A stretch of DNA of 34,268 bases, from NCBI GenBank assembly GCA_051942205.1, contig JAVECO010000086.1, forward strand, positions 62,001 to 96,268. Direction: 5' to 3'. Under the pieces are notes generated by a model. That model was not told where the DNA came from. It made no database searches and saw only the letters and a list, made by a program, of their open reading frames with translations. Positions 23,688 through 34,268 of the stretch are shown in pieces. Position 1 is the stretch's first letter; each line of letters starts with the position of its first letter. The position numbers and the translations under genes are program-made. Origin of the DNA: Coniocarpon cinnabarinum (taxonomy: Eukaryota).

Positions 23688-24693
23688 TCAAAATTCTTCG
23701 TCATCACCTTCAACCTTCTCCTGCTGCGCCCTCCACTCACTGGCATCCAGCACTTGCCGCTGTCTCCGCCCTTCCTCTTGCTTCAAAGCCCGCTCCTTTT
23801 CAACCACCCTTTCCATCTTCCCCACAAGCTCGGCGCTATTCTCCCAATCCACCCTCAATTTATATCCCAGGTGCCAGAGCCCAAACCGATAAAACCACGT
23901 CCAGCTCTGCTTCTCCTCGTCGGGCCCTTCCACTTCTAGCTCCATCTCCGCTGCTTTCGCTCTAATCGTCCGATCCCATTCGTCCTCCCAGATACCAAAG
24001 CGCTCTGCTTCTGCTAGCTCATCCCTTAGCTCTTGTCGCTTTTGCCGGCGCTGAACCTTCCTCTTGATGTATACACCCAAGCGATGTGGTTGCGGCTTTT
24101 TGAAGCGGAGCATGGGGTAATTATTTGCGTAAACTAGGATGGGAATATGGCGGGGTCCAGGGACAACAGGGCGAGGGCGGGAGAGGATGGCGGAGGAGTC
24201 AGGGTTCAGAGGTGCGCTGTTGAATTTGGGCTTCCAGCGGAGGAGGGGAGAAGGACGTGGACTCTTGGTGAGGTGGAGAGGTGTAGTAGAGAGGAGGTTG
24301 GTCAAACGATTCGTGCTGGATGCATCTCCCTGCGAGGAGAGGGTGAGGAGCCTGAGCGCCTGCTCCTGTGTTAGACCATGCTTTTGCACTCGTGTGCAAC
24401 AATCGCAGAACCTTAGACGTACCTCATACCCAGCTCGAAACGCCTTGTTCAGCTCGACTTTGCTCGCACTATGCCGGTTACGTTTGAATGAGTTGCGGAT
24501 CACATTGAGTGAAGTGCGTTTAGCGTCCTCATCCAGTCGGCAAAGGTGACATTTGCACAGCAGAGCACGGAACAGTGCAACACCTGGGTTGCGATTTAGT
24601 ACCACGACACTGGTAGCGGATTTTGTACAGATCGGGGAACACACCAGCGACGCGATGAGCTCCTGATTTGTGCGGAGCAATGAACCTGCGCAT
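23688..24693 (-). CDS. LYR-motif (Complex1_LYR-like) probable mitochondrial protein; exons 24693-24645, 24583-24423, 24365-23688, ~295 aa
   Basis: Spliced N-terminus MRRFIAPHKSGAHRVA|GVALFRALL...IRNSFKRNR...AGYE is LYR-like, followed by RHIPILVYANNYPMLRFKKPQP and WEDEWD. Introns GTGTGT..CTAAA..CAG (61 nt) and GTACGT..CTAAC..CAG (57 nt). Confidence 0.78.
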
Positions 24694-26153
24694 TCAAGGA
24701 ACGAACACTGGTACGTCCTCTTCGAAGTGCGCACGCATAACCGAGATGCGACTTGTTCGGAGTTAACACATGGAGGCATCGATGATCGCACACGCCTCCT
24801 TTAGGAATAGCCGATCTTTTCATCCCTGGAGCGTTCCAGTGATATCAAGGTGCTGGCGACAATAGTCACGGACAGAAGTCGTTGCCGGATTGCAGTCTAG
24901 TCAGCGAGCCTCTACGATGAGGGGGTTTTGGATCACAAAGTTATGAGCACAATGGCGCAAGCTCGCTCCGCTGCATGAGGCGCTGAATTATACAGTGGGG
25001 CAAGTACTTTCCTCTTGCTGGCTCTGCCCTTGGCACACATGTGTAGAAACAATCCTGAAGACTGAGATACTTGTCTGCATCAGGAATGCTTATGCTTTGG
25101 GATTGAATCGGAATGTTTTTAAGTCTTCCAGCACGAAGGGCATATCTGGTTGGTGAGAGAGAGCACCAAGCAATTGGGTCAGGAAATGCGCGCACGTCAT
25201 TGGTCACTTTGCTTGAGATAGACAACCTATCCATATTTCGGGCCACGTCACGTGCTGCAATGCTGCAATCAGCTCCCACGCTTGTGGCGGTAGACCGAGT
25301 GCTTACATGCCTTGAGCTTCTACATAACACGAAACACCAGTGTTTGCGCAAGGAAGCTCGAAGCGCCACGCGCTGTCGCTCTGCTCGACTCATCTTATTC
25401 GGCGTCGGATGGGGGAAAGGCGGCGTGGAAGCGTTGCCGAGTTGGGAAGGCCAGTACCGGGAAGGGCATCAGACTAGCCTCAGGCACGTTGTGACCCCTG
25501 AGAGCATCTCATCTCATCACATCCGACGACTCTTCACGCGCAACCCGTGCAAGCGCCCAGCTCGACATGTCTTACAGCCTGATTGACAGTCTCATTTGCA
25601 AACAGGATTGCCCTTGGGCAGGCGCGTGCTGTCTCGGTGAATGAGCAGGAGTGTCGAGGTGACAGTAGAAGAAACGATGACGACGATAAGGGAAAAAGCG
25701 GACGGGAGCATGAGTCGAGTGAAACTCTGTGCCGGGAGGTTTGAGATTTAGCCCTGCGAAAGTGCCGGTAAGGGCGTGCACGCGCGCGTGAGGCTCGCAT
25801 CCTTGGAGAGAAGGAGATAAATCAATGGGAGCCATAGCTGCATGCATACTTGGCGCTGGTGCAGGACTCTATGACAGCATGCACGTACCCAATGGGTAGA
25901 AGAGAAAACAGCTTTGCTCATTGCGAGATGGAAAAGCACAGCAGCCCAGCTCAGCAAAAAAAAGGGCGTGCATGCAGAGAGCGTCAGGGCGTGCAAGGGA
26001 GGACGAAGGGACGGCGCGGAGAGGGAGGAGCGCTGATTGGCGGCAAAGGGAGATGCAAGCAAGGATGCTCCCGCTTCTGCAGCCAAAGAAGCAAAAGCTA
26101 AGGTTCTCTCGTGCTTCTCCTGTGCTGGCTTGCTGGTGCTCGCTCTCCTCGTT

Positions 26154-26250
26154 GCTGGTGCTGGTGCTGGTGCTGGTGCTGGTGCTGGTGCTGCCATTCA
26201 TCGTTCATCGCTAGAATCGACCCAACTCACCTCACCTCACCTCACCTCAC
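26154..26250 (+). repeat. Microsatellites (GCTGGT)6 at 26154-26189 and (CTCAC)5 at 26226-26250, followed by a CT-rich leader
   Basis: Read directly. Pyrimidine-rich tracts of this kind are typical of fungal promoter/5'UTR regions. Confidence 0.9.
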
Positions 26251-26927
26251 TCTCTCTTCGTCTCTCTCCTCGCTCCTCCCCTGCACGCCCACCTCTTTCG
26301 ACAATTCCTTCTCATAGTCGCCGCTCGTTAATCATCACCGCTTAATCGCTTCTTTTCGCCATTGCCCTTCGGCCTCCCACAACGCGCTCAGGCCTGTTGC
26401 ACGTTGGATACCTGCACGGAGCCTTCTCCAACACGTCCCTTCCTACTTGAGTACGGACCTCCCTTCCTCTCCCCGTCTCAAACAATATTGCCGCAATACC
26501 CTCAGACCCCCTCAGATCTCCATGCGCGCTGCCCCTGCTCACCGCCTGAAGTCTTTCCCACAATTCCCTCATCTGGCTGACCGCAATTCTCACCACCACA
26601 CCACCGTGCTAACCCTGTATTCTTTTCAATCAGGCCATTGACTCTTCCGTCCTCCAACTCTTCGCTTGGGCCCTTTTCTCTTCATAGCACGTCGCTCCAT
26701 CATTCGCAGCTTTCCAGCAATCGCGCAACCAACCAACCCTCAAGACGACTTTCATTCGCGCCGGACGTTCTCCAGCCCCCCTTGACTTTGGTGACGTCCG
26801 CAAGCTATACACCAGGCGTAACATGATTGTTGGCATCTCCAAATACTCTTTCGACTCGCGAGTTTCCGGTGACGAGGCGAGCTGCAGAGCTCTCGAGGAT
26901 AGGAGCACATCTTGAGCTCTCCGTCCC

Positions 26928-29456
26928 ATGTCTTCACCAAAACCACCTATACCCCTCCAGAACCCATGCTCGGTCATCGTAGAGGACACGCTCTACGTCT
27001 ATTCCCCCGCCGGCTTTCTGTCCCTGCCGCTCCAGCAAAATGCAACATGGTCAACATTGCCCAACGGCGTTGCTGTGAAGGGCGCGCAATGTGTGCAGGG
27101 GTTTGATGGCGGCCCAGGCACAGACAGTGCGTTATGGGTCGTGGGAGGAACGGCTGATGAATCAAGTCCCGACTACCCCGGTCTGCAGAGATACAGCTTC
27201 GGTTCCAAGTCTTGGGCAACTGTCGAGCCTGTGGTCAAGGTCACCCAGAATCGGAGAAATCACGGCGCTGCCTTTCTCAACAACACTGGCCAGATCCTTG
27301 TCTACGCAGGCTCCCAAGACAGTCCGGATACTCCATCCATCGAGACGTTTCTGATTTCGACGACCGAGCCGTACAACGTCCTTTCGTCCTCTTCGCACAA
27401 CACACCTGTCATTGCCCCCGTACTCCTGCCATGGGATGGGTCCTCCGCGATCGCTGTCGGCGGAACGCAGAACAACAACGTCTATCGATTTGTTCTCGAC
27501 CCTGAGACGCAGAAAGGATCATGGCATGATTATCCGACACAACTGCCTTCGCCCTTAAAGAGCTCGGATCAGGAGCAGGCTGTCCTTATACAAGGTTCTG
27601 ACAACAGCAAAGTATTACAGACGTTCGACATGAGCATCAACCCTTGCCGAGCGTCGACGCTTGTACTGCAGGGCGCAGACGGCCGACCAGCACAGATAGG
27701 CCAGACCGTTGGAGGGTCCAATGACTCCAGCAAGAGTAAGCGGGATCTTAGTTTAGCCGAGTGGCCTGCGTACAATTCCACAGCAGCACCTGACTACACA
27801 ATGAACGGTTTCTCGCTTGCTCACAGTTCCAGTGGTGTAGTTGCTATGGCTGGTGGCAATGGTGACCACCCTGTGTCGCTGTTCGACGACTCCAATAACG
27901 CCTGGATTGACACTACACAATTTTTCGGACCTCAGCATGATGTCAACTCACAGTCAATTCTCCAGCCAAGTCCGAGCTCTTCGTCAGCGCCATCGCCCCC
28001 TGCTACGTCTGCCTCAACTCCAACTGGTCTTCCCGGTGGCCCAAATGGCCACAAGACATCGGTCATACTCGGTGCCGTACTTGGCTCCATTCTTGGTCTC
28101 ATAGCCATCCTGGTTGCTATTCTTTTGATCTTGTACTTCCGTAATAGGAAGAAGCAACAAGAAGCCTATGCCGCTGCCGCCGAAAAAGAACGCAGGATGA
28201 GCTTCGCAGACCGTGGAGATCCGTTCATGATGGAAGGCGGGGATACACGCGAAAAAGCAGCGCACAATTCCATCGCCATGCTTGGCAGCTCGAACAACAA
28301 CACACAGGGACGACCTACCACCAGTGACAGCGACCGTAGTACAACACGACTAATTCCTCGCAAGGCCATGCCAGGTCGTTATGAGCACCATGAGATGAGT
28401 CCTATCGGGGAGCAGGCGACAGATGCCAGCAGCGAGCTTGAAGGCAATCAGACTCTGCCTCTTGGCACACCAAGCTCGAGAGGTGCTGACAGTGGCTACC
28501 ACACAACGCATCAAAGGAACTCTGGCTGGAGTAAATACTTTGGCAATGGTGCTGCTGCTGCGGGCGGTGCTGCCGCCGGAGCTGCTTTTGCGGGAGGTCG
28601 CAAGGCCGCTGGTAGAACGAGTGCCGATACCTACTCCAACTACACGTCAGACTCAGCTCATGACTGCAACTCCCACGGTCCGACAGAGATCCCACCGCTC
28701 AAGCTCGGTGAAGACTTTGAGCGCGAGCGCATCAGTCGTGTCGTCACGGGCAGCTCTCCGACGAGCCCACCAACCGTTGGTTACTGCAACCGGAGCAGCG
28801 ACGGTCGAACGAGGACGATGGACACCAAATCTAGTTCGTCAAGCATCGACGACACGCTCTGGGCAAAACCTCCGACATATGATCAAATGGGCTGGTCTCC
28901 TGTCACTCGCAACGACTGGTCAAACATGAACAGCTTGGATGCAAAGGCGCGAGATACCACAACAAGTAGTATCTACTCACACAACCCGCGCGTCAGTGAC
29001 GGCCAAGCCAAGGGACTGCAAACGATAGCCGAAGACGCTGGGGCTAGGCCTCCATTTGGTAGGACTAGCAATGCCACGACCATCCAGTCCTCCCACACCA
29101 GCGGAGGGCCATTGCCAAATTCCATTCGAGCCAGCGATCCTAACACTTGGCCACAACCACCAGTCGCGGCCAGAGCTAAAGGTCTTACCGTGAGAACAAA
29201 CTCTACAAAAACAATCAACTCAGCCCAAAGCGCAGACTCGCCTCCGCCTGTGCCGCAATCATTTGGCCAGCATCTCGAGCCGCCTGATGAGTTCGAGGAG
29301 GATGATGCGCCCCCTACGCCCACAGCCATCACAGCAATTCCGGTGCCGGCGTCGACGGCGATGCAATATACTGTCCGGAAGCCATCGCCAAAACCGGCCA
29401 CCAACACGGACATGAGCTGGCTTAATCTAGGACCTATTCAAAATCGCAACGGATGA
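26928..29456 (+). CDS. Single-pass membrane protein with N-terminal kelch/galactose-oxidase-like beta-propeller region, S/P/T stalk and long disordered cytoplasmic tail, 842 aa
   Basis: Uninterrupted ORF with kelch-like LWVVGG, ILVYAG, IAVGG, VAMAGG and spaced Trp residues; TM VILGAVLGSILGLIAILVAILLILYF followed by RNRKK; juxtamembrane RMSFADRG; C-terminal NTDMSWLNL. Confidence 0.85.
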   Translation: MSSPKPPIPLQNPCSVIVEDTLYVYSPAGFLSLPLQQNATWSTLPNGVAVKGAQCVQGFDGGPGTDSALWVVGGTADESSPDYPGLQRYSFGSKSWATVEPVVKVTQNRRNHGAAFLNNTGQILVYAGSQDSPDTPSIETFLISTTEPYNVLSSSSHNTPVIAPVLLPWDGSSAIAVGGTQNNNVYRFVLDPETQKGSWHDYPTQLPSPLKSSDQEQAVLIQGSDNSKVLQTFDMSINPCRASTLVLQGADGRPAQIGQTVGGSNDSSKSKRDLSLAEWPAYNSTAAPDYTMNGFSLAHSSSGVVAMAGGNGDHPVSLFDDSNNAWIDTTQFFGPQHDVNSQSILQPSPSSSSAPSPPATSASTPTGLPGGPNGHKTSVILGAVLGSILGLIAILVAILLILYFRNRKKQQEAYAAAAEKERRMSFADRGDPFMMEGGDTREKAAHNSIAMLGSSNNNTQGRPTTSDSDRSTTRLIPRKAMPGRYEHHEMSPIGEQATDASSELEGNQTLPLGTPSSRGADSGYHTTHQRNSGWSKYFGNGAAAAGGAAAGAAFAGGRKAAGRTSADTYSNYTSDSAHDCNSHGPTEIPPLKLGEDFERERISRVVTGSSPTSPPTVGYCNRSSDGRTRTMDTKSSSSSIDDTLWAKPPTYDQMGWSPVTRNDWSNMNSLDAKARDTTTSSIYSHNPRVSDGQAKGLQTIAEDAGARPPFGRTSNATTIQSSHTSGGPLPNSIRASDPNTWPQPPVAARAKGLTVRTNSTKTINSAQSADSPPPVPQSFGQHLEPPDEFEEDDAPPTPTAITAIPVPASTAMQYTVRKPSPKPATNTDMSWLNLGPIQNRNG

Positions 29457-30519
29457 TGCTTTCAAGCTGCGCTGCATTTGACCGCCTTGTGATACCCATC
29501 AACGCCGACACGGATCTTGCATGCATTTGATACGGAGCAAGCCTTTGGATGTTTCTTTTCGCGCTCTCACACAGAGGAGAGTGCCTCGTTGGCGCCATGG
29601 GTGCAGACAACGATTTCGATTCTCACAACTACTTATTTGTCTCAGGGACTTTTAATCTATATAGCCACCCCTGCAGCATCAGCATTGCTCGCTCACAGAG
29701 CATCTCACAAAAGACACGAAGACTATTGGCGCAGGCTGCGCTGGGCCACACTCGTTAATATCTTGTTTGAATATATGGTAGCGGGGAGGTGCAAGTAAGA
29801 TGAGGGCAGAGGCAGCATGGACGAACGCAGCAGCCGAGGCCTTGCTGCGTTGTGGTTGTGACGTGTACATAATGGCACAAGAACAGAGCTGACGACAGCG
29901 GTGTTGGTCGTTGTAACTCTGTAATGAATGAAAGGGTCAAGGACACCTACACCAACATGAGATCATTTGCGGATCACGACTCATGGTGCGGACCAGTGAT
30001 GACATAAGCTGTGAAACATTGTGAGCGACAGTCTCAAGTGCGCCGAACATTAACCATCCAACACTCTGTCAATCTCCCATGCGCTGTCGTGTGTATGTAG
30101 TGAGCCACGGAATATCTGGCTGTCAACAACGGACGCAACCGCCGAGCCAGACGCGAAAATCACGTGCAGAGTCTAAAGTGGCGCGGTGCTGCTCGTGCAG
30201 AAGCTGAGGGTATCAGTTGCATTAATGCGACGATACACTTTCACGCTTGACCAGGCTGTTGGCTCACCCGACTCCCCCTGTCTTTATCTCCGACCAAGCC
30301 CAGAGCTACAGTGAGGCCGAGTATGCATGCCTACAGGGCCGTGAAGCGTGTCGGAGCCTTGCTGAATACTTGCCAGTATGGCTTGTCAAACTGCACGGGT
30401 CAGCATGATCAGCGATTCCGCGCATCCTCGCTACACCGGATTCCAGGCAGGCTGCGGCACTTGTGTCGTGGTGACGATGCCGGCGGAAGAATTGACGAAT
30501 GCGACTGATCGCGCTTGGC

Positions 30520-31325
30520 CCCGGAGAACTAGTACAACTAGTGCGGATACGCGTGAACGAACATGGGTCTCAGACTGCGTTTGATCGCCAGAGGATGACA
30601 AGTTGGGGAGGAGCAAGAAGAAAGAAGAATCAGCGCCGATGCGCTATCGCTTCGTGTTCGGATTTATAAGGAGTACGAGCACAAGCTGCACAACTAGTGA
30701 ATGACCGAGTGAACTGGCATGGGTCTCAGACTGCATTGGATTGCATGGATCGTCGCACCTTGCCGGGGATGGTGCGCAGGGGAGGAGGCGAAGGTCAGGT
30801 AAAGAATCTTCACGCTCTCCAGTGCGCTCATCGCACCATCCTCAGATCTGTATCAAAGCTCCTAAGTGCAATACAGTTGGTAAGTGTATCGGTCTTGGAG
30901 TACGGAGTATGTACATTGGCATGGGTCCTAGACTGTGCTCGATTGACGGATCGCCGTTCCTTGCTAGCTGCACGCAACCCCAACTTGGCGCCACGCGCAC
31001 TAATCCGGCACTCCCCTGCTGCCGTCTCGGTTTTCTGACGCTATTGTGCTTCTTTGTCAGGACAACTGCATGCGAGATGGCAGGTGGACGAAGTGGTAGA
31101 AAAAGAGGGAGGGAAGGCAAGCAGGAAAAAAGAAGAGTTGATTCTACCGCGCCCTACGGCGTACTCAGAAATCCAGAGTAACAGCATGGCGAGTGAGCAT
31201 ACGAATGAGCTAGCACGGTTGCACTCGAATGCACGGATCGTCGCGACTCGCCTGCTGCACACACACCCACTACACCCCAACTTGGCGCCACGCGCATCGA
31301 TCCGGCACTCCCCTGACACCGTCGT
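30520..31325 (+). repeat. Degenerate direct-repeat array (about 4 related units, spacing ~160-300 bp) upstream of the PTH11-like gene
   Basis: CATGGGTCTCAGACTGC exact at 30562-30578 and 30718-30734, with variant CATGGGTCCTAGACTG near 30920. ACCCCAACTTGGCGCCACGCGCAnnnATCCGGCACTCCCCTG at 30977-31018 and 31274-31315 (39/42 identical). ACAACTAGTG near 30533 and 30690. Confidence 0.8.
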
Positions 31326-31670
31326 GCTTTTCTGCCAGGGCAGTTGCATGCCAAGGGTGTGCCTCAAGGCACACTTGTCCGCTGCACAGTCCATGGTCAT
31401 CCATCGGAGGATTTCCATTGGTGCTGCCGGAAGTGATGGTGCTGGAGGACGCTATTGTAGCGCGGTACAGACGCGCAGCTGGGTCTGATGTACCAACTTC
31501 CGTCGATGTCTTCCGGTACATAGCCTCGACGCCGGTCAGTGAGGCACATGAGGAGGTGAGTCGTGCACCTCTCATAAGGCAAGTATGCCCTCGGTGAATG
31601 CACCGAGTTTTTCGAGGTACGGTGTTGTCGCTCGTTTCTTCGCTCGTCTGCTCTCCTCGACGTCGTCAGC

Positions 31671-33234
31671 ATGAGTCCTCCTGCTGATGCTGCCACCGCT
31701 GCCACCGCCGCCCCACCGCCGGTCAACCAGGCTGCTCAGGCTGCTCAGGCGTCGGCTATGGCCATGGCAGCGGCGCAGACAGATCCAGCGGCCTTGGACC
31801 CATACGGGCCCGGTGATCAGACCGCAGCACATGTTTTGAGGCCGGTGCTGGTCACTTGCATTGTCTTGATTGCGTTGAATACACTCTTTCTGGCGTTGAG
31901 GTTCTTCTCAGTGTTGAAGCTCAGGAAGAGGCGAATACCGTTGGCGTGGGATGACTGGTTCTTGCTTTTAGCATACCCATGGGTCATTGGAGTTTGTGCA
32001 GTGGCACTCGGTACGTCGACCCTATTTCAATGTCAAGCTTATTGCATGAGGTGAGCCAAAGGACTGACAACGAAAAAGTTATGTGGCATTATGACACAGT
32101 CGATGGCGCACTGGCACATGAACCCGTCGTCCAGCCGTGGCGACTCGTCCCACTCCTCAAATCGACCATTGCACTCGCAGAGATTGGACTGCCTGCGATG
32201 ATTCTCACCCGCTACTCCGTGCTGGCGTTGTATCTGCGATTGTTCACGGATCGGTTCGTCCGGATAGCCTCGTACTGTCTCGTCGTCCTGTATTCCTTGT
32301 ATTGGGTTGGATTTGCGATAGCTGGCATATTGCAATGCCGGCCCGTTCAGTACTACGTATGTGTGATTTCACCCTATCGACAGCCTGTGGATTGTTGACT
32401 GACAGAAAATGACAGTGGACTCGATGGAACCCCATGGAACACGGCGTTTGCTCCGACGACAAGTTCAGTCGATCTGTATCACCACCGAACATTGCTTTCG
32501 ATATCCTCATTATTGCTCTGCCTCTGCATTGCATATGGAGGTTGAGAATTTCTGCTATGAGGAAGCTAGGTCTCACTTGTATCATATTCACAGCGGTGGT
32601 GTACGTCAACGCTTCCCACTCGCCTGCATTTACTTACCACTAAGCTGATTGATCTCAGGGCATTTGTGGTGACCGTCGTTCGGACCGTAGTTATCTCAGG
32701 CAACAGCCAGGAGCTGACAACCCCAGGTGAGTGCCATCCCGTGTTGATGAACTTTGTTATATATACAATTGCTAATTCAGCATCCTCACTGCAGCTAACA
32801 CTCGAGACCTCCTTCTATGGATGACACTGGAGCCCTCGCTCTACTTCATAACTGCTTGTCTCCCCGCCATGCTGCCATTCTTCCGCCTGTTCGTTCCAAG
32901 CCGCATGCGCCGCCCGGCTCGTCGCCCCGTCGGTCCCATGCTCTCTTCAAACCACTCAATGCGTTACGACACGACTGCGACCTCTGCGAGCGAGCGGGGC
33001 TTCATGCGTCTTCGCGACGACACCGGAACAATCACGCCGCAGCCCAGCTCCTCGGCTTATGCCGGCGGGAGAGAAAGCAAGATGTCGACGTCCAGTGTGC
33101 ATGAGCTCGAGAATACCCTGCAGATGGACGATCTGAAGCGGTTTGCGAACGGCGAGGGCATCATCATGCAGACGGATGTCACGGTGACGCTGACGACGGA
33201 AGAACGAATCGAGGAGATTTTGGATATGTGGTGA
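31671..33234 (+). CDS. PTH11-like / fungal rhodopsin-domain integral membrane protein without CFEM; exons 31671-32010, 32079-32356, 32416-32600, 32659-32726, 32795-33234, ~436 aa
   Basis: FLALRFFS...LAWDDWFLLLA; RYSVLALYLRLF; ILQCRPVQYY|W...GVC; NIAFDILIIALPL...IWRLRISAMRKLGL; WMTLEPSLYFITACLPAM. All four introns have canonical donors, CTGAC/CTGAT/CTAAT branch sites and AG acceptors that keep the frame. Confidence 0.9.
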
Positions 33235-34087
33235 GAGGTGCGCAGAGATGTAAAAAGTTTCGAGACTGTTTCGGTCGCTGTGTTGCATTCGTGTGTGAAT
33301 CAGGGGATGTACGACTAATTATATAGACTTGCGTCACGGCTTTACGAGATGAATGTGAACCACTCTTTCAACAACGCTGTTAGTATGTGCCTCGTGACTC
33401 TTCTGGCATCCCACAGCTGAACGAACCTCAACTCTGTCTTGCAACGTCCCATGCCGCGCAAGTCACGGATAGAAATCGTTGCCGGATACGACAATGACAC
33501 CTACCTGTGTGGCCTTACGCTATGTTCAGGCCCAAAACTTCCCGGCATAACGTCAATGTGAGCCATAAAGCTCAACGCAGCAGGAATGTGAAAGCCTGCA
33601 AGCACCACGAAGCACAGTCCTTTGTCGCTTCAAGGACTTGCGTTCAAGCAATACAATCATTGACTGTGCAACAACCACGGTGCACCACGTATCCTACAAA
33701 GGTCCTGTTTCAAAAGCTGTAAAAAGCCGTAGTAAGTTAGGACGTCTTCCGAGTCTTCTACTAGCCAGAACCGTACCCACAACCTCTCTTGAATGACATG
33801 CAAAGTACCAGCGGTTTCCCTAAAGCTCTGAAATCAGGTTGCGATACAAGAAGTACTCGCGCTGATGCAAGCTATAGCGACGATTTCAAATTCCTGCTCA
33901 GGAAGGATACTGAGCTCGATTCTCGATACATACTTATTTTAAGGTCTGCGCCTTGATGCGAAGGCTTGAAAGATGTGGTAAATAGCGTCCCAACGCTCAC
34001 CCTCCATCGTCTCTCATTGTCGCCCTTTGTGGAAATCCCACAAAGTTTAACACTTCATTAACTCCCACCCACCCACCAAGTACTCAC

Positions 34088-34204
34088 GTCCACATCCCGC
34101 TTCCGAATCCCCAAACTCTGCTGTGCCCTCAGCACCTGCGCGGAGCTGCATGGCGGCTGGGTGAATTGCGCGGTGAAGGGTCCGTTGCAGACGTCGTAGC
34201 AGCC
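34088..34204 (-). CDS. Probable internal/3' exon of a small cysteine-containing, possibly secreted protein continuing beyond the window
   Basis: Branch CTGAT and acceptor TAG (ending 34205) precede GCYDVCNGPFTAQFTQPPCSSAQVLRAQQSLGIRKRDVD, followed by a GTGAGT donor at 34087. Not in the ORF track because there is no start codon. Confidence 0.4.
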
Positions 34205-34268
34205 CTATCATTGCATCAGTTATTTCTTACTTAGATCCTCATATCTCACGCCAGCCCCTTTGCTTCCC

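Noticed and set aside
25748..26345. ORFs with APAPAP, STSTST, LVLVLV, WCWCWC and AGAGAG runs
   Set aside because: All are six-frame readings of the (GCTGGT)6 microsatellite.

Overview
Eukaryotic, intron-containing DNA from a filamentous ascomycete (Pezizomycotina-type GT(A/G)NGT...CTRAY...YAG introns, about 50% GC by eye). It is mostly a housekeeping neighbourhood. In order: MIX23/Cid2 (-) divergent from DNA ligase I CDC9 (+); a ~6.7 kb interval with no recognisable intact gene but with chained minus-strand ORF fragments and many (TA)n tracts; DNA polymerase lambda/POL4 (-); a 19-bp minisatellite; two tandem genes with an F-box-like LPxE motif (DUF7730-like, +); a Tsp3-type tetraspanin (-); PRP40 (-); a LYR-motif protein (-); an 842-aa single-pass beta-propeller membrane protein (+); a degenerate repeat array; a PTH11-like rhodopsin-domain membrane protein (+); and a probable 3' exon of a small Cys-containing protein at the right edge (-). 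The most notable observations are the ligase 5' architecture (MCB boxes, an upstream presequence-like extension, and two in-frame splice donors each preceded by a copy of the PIP-box half-motif), the TA-punctuated 4.9-11.5 kb interval, and the signal-peptide-less single-pass protein. I cannot establish a new biological system from sequence alone. Exon boundaries were worked out by hand; family calls are from motif recognition, with no database searches.
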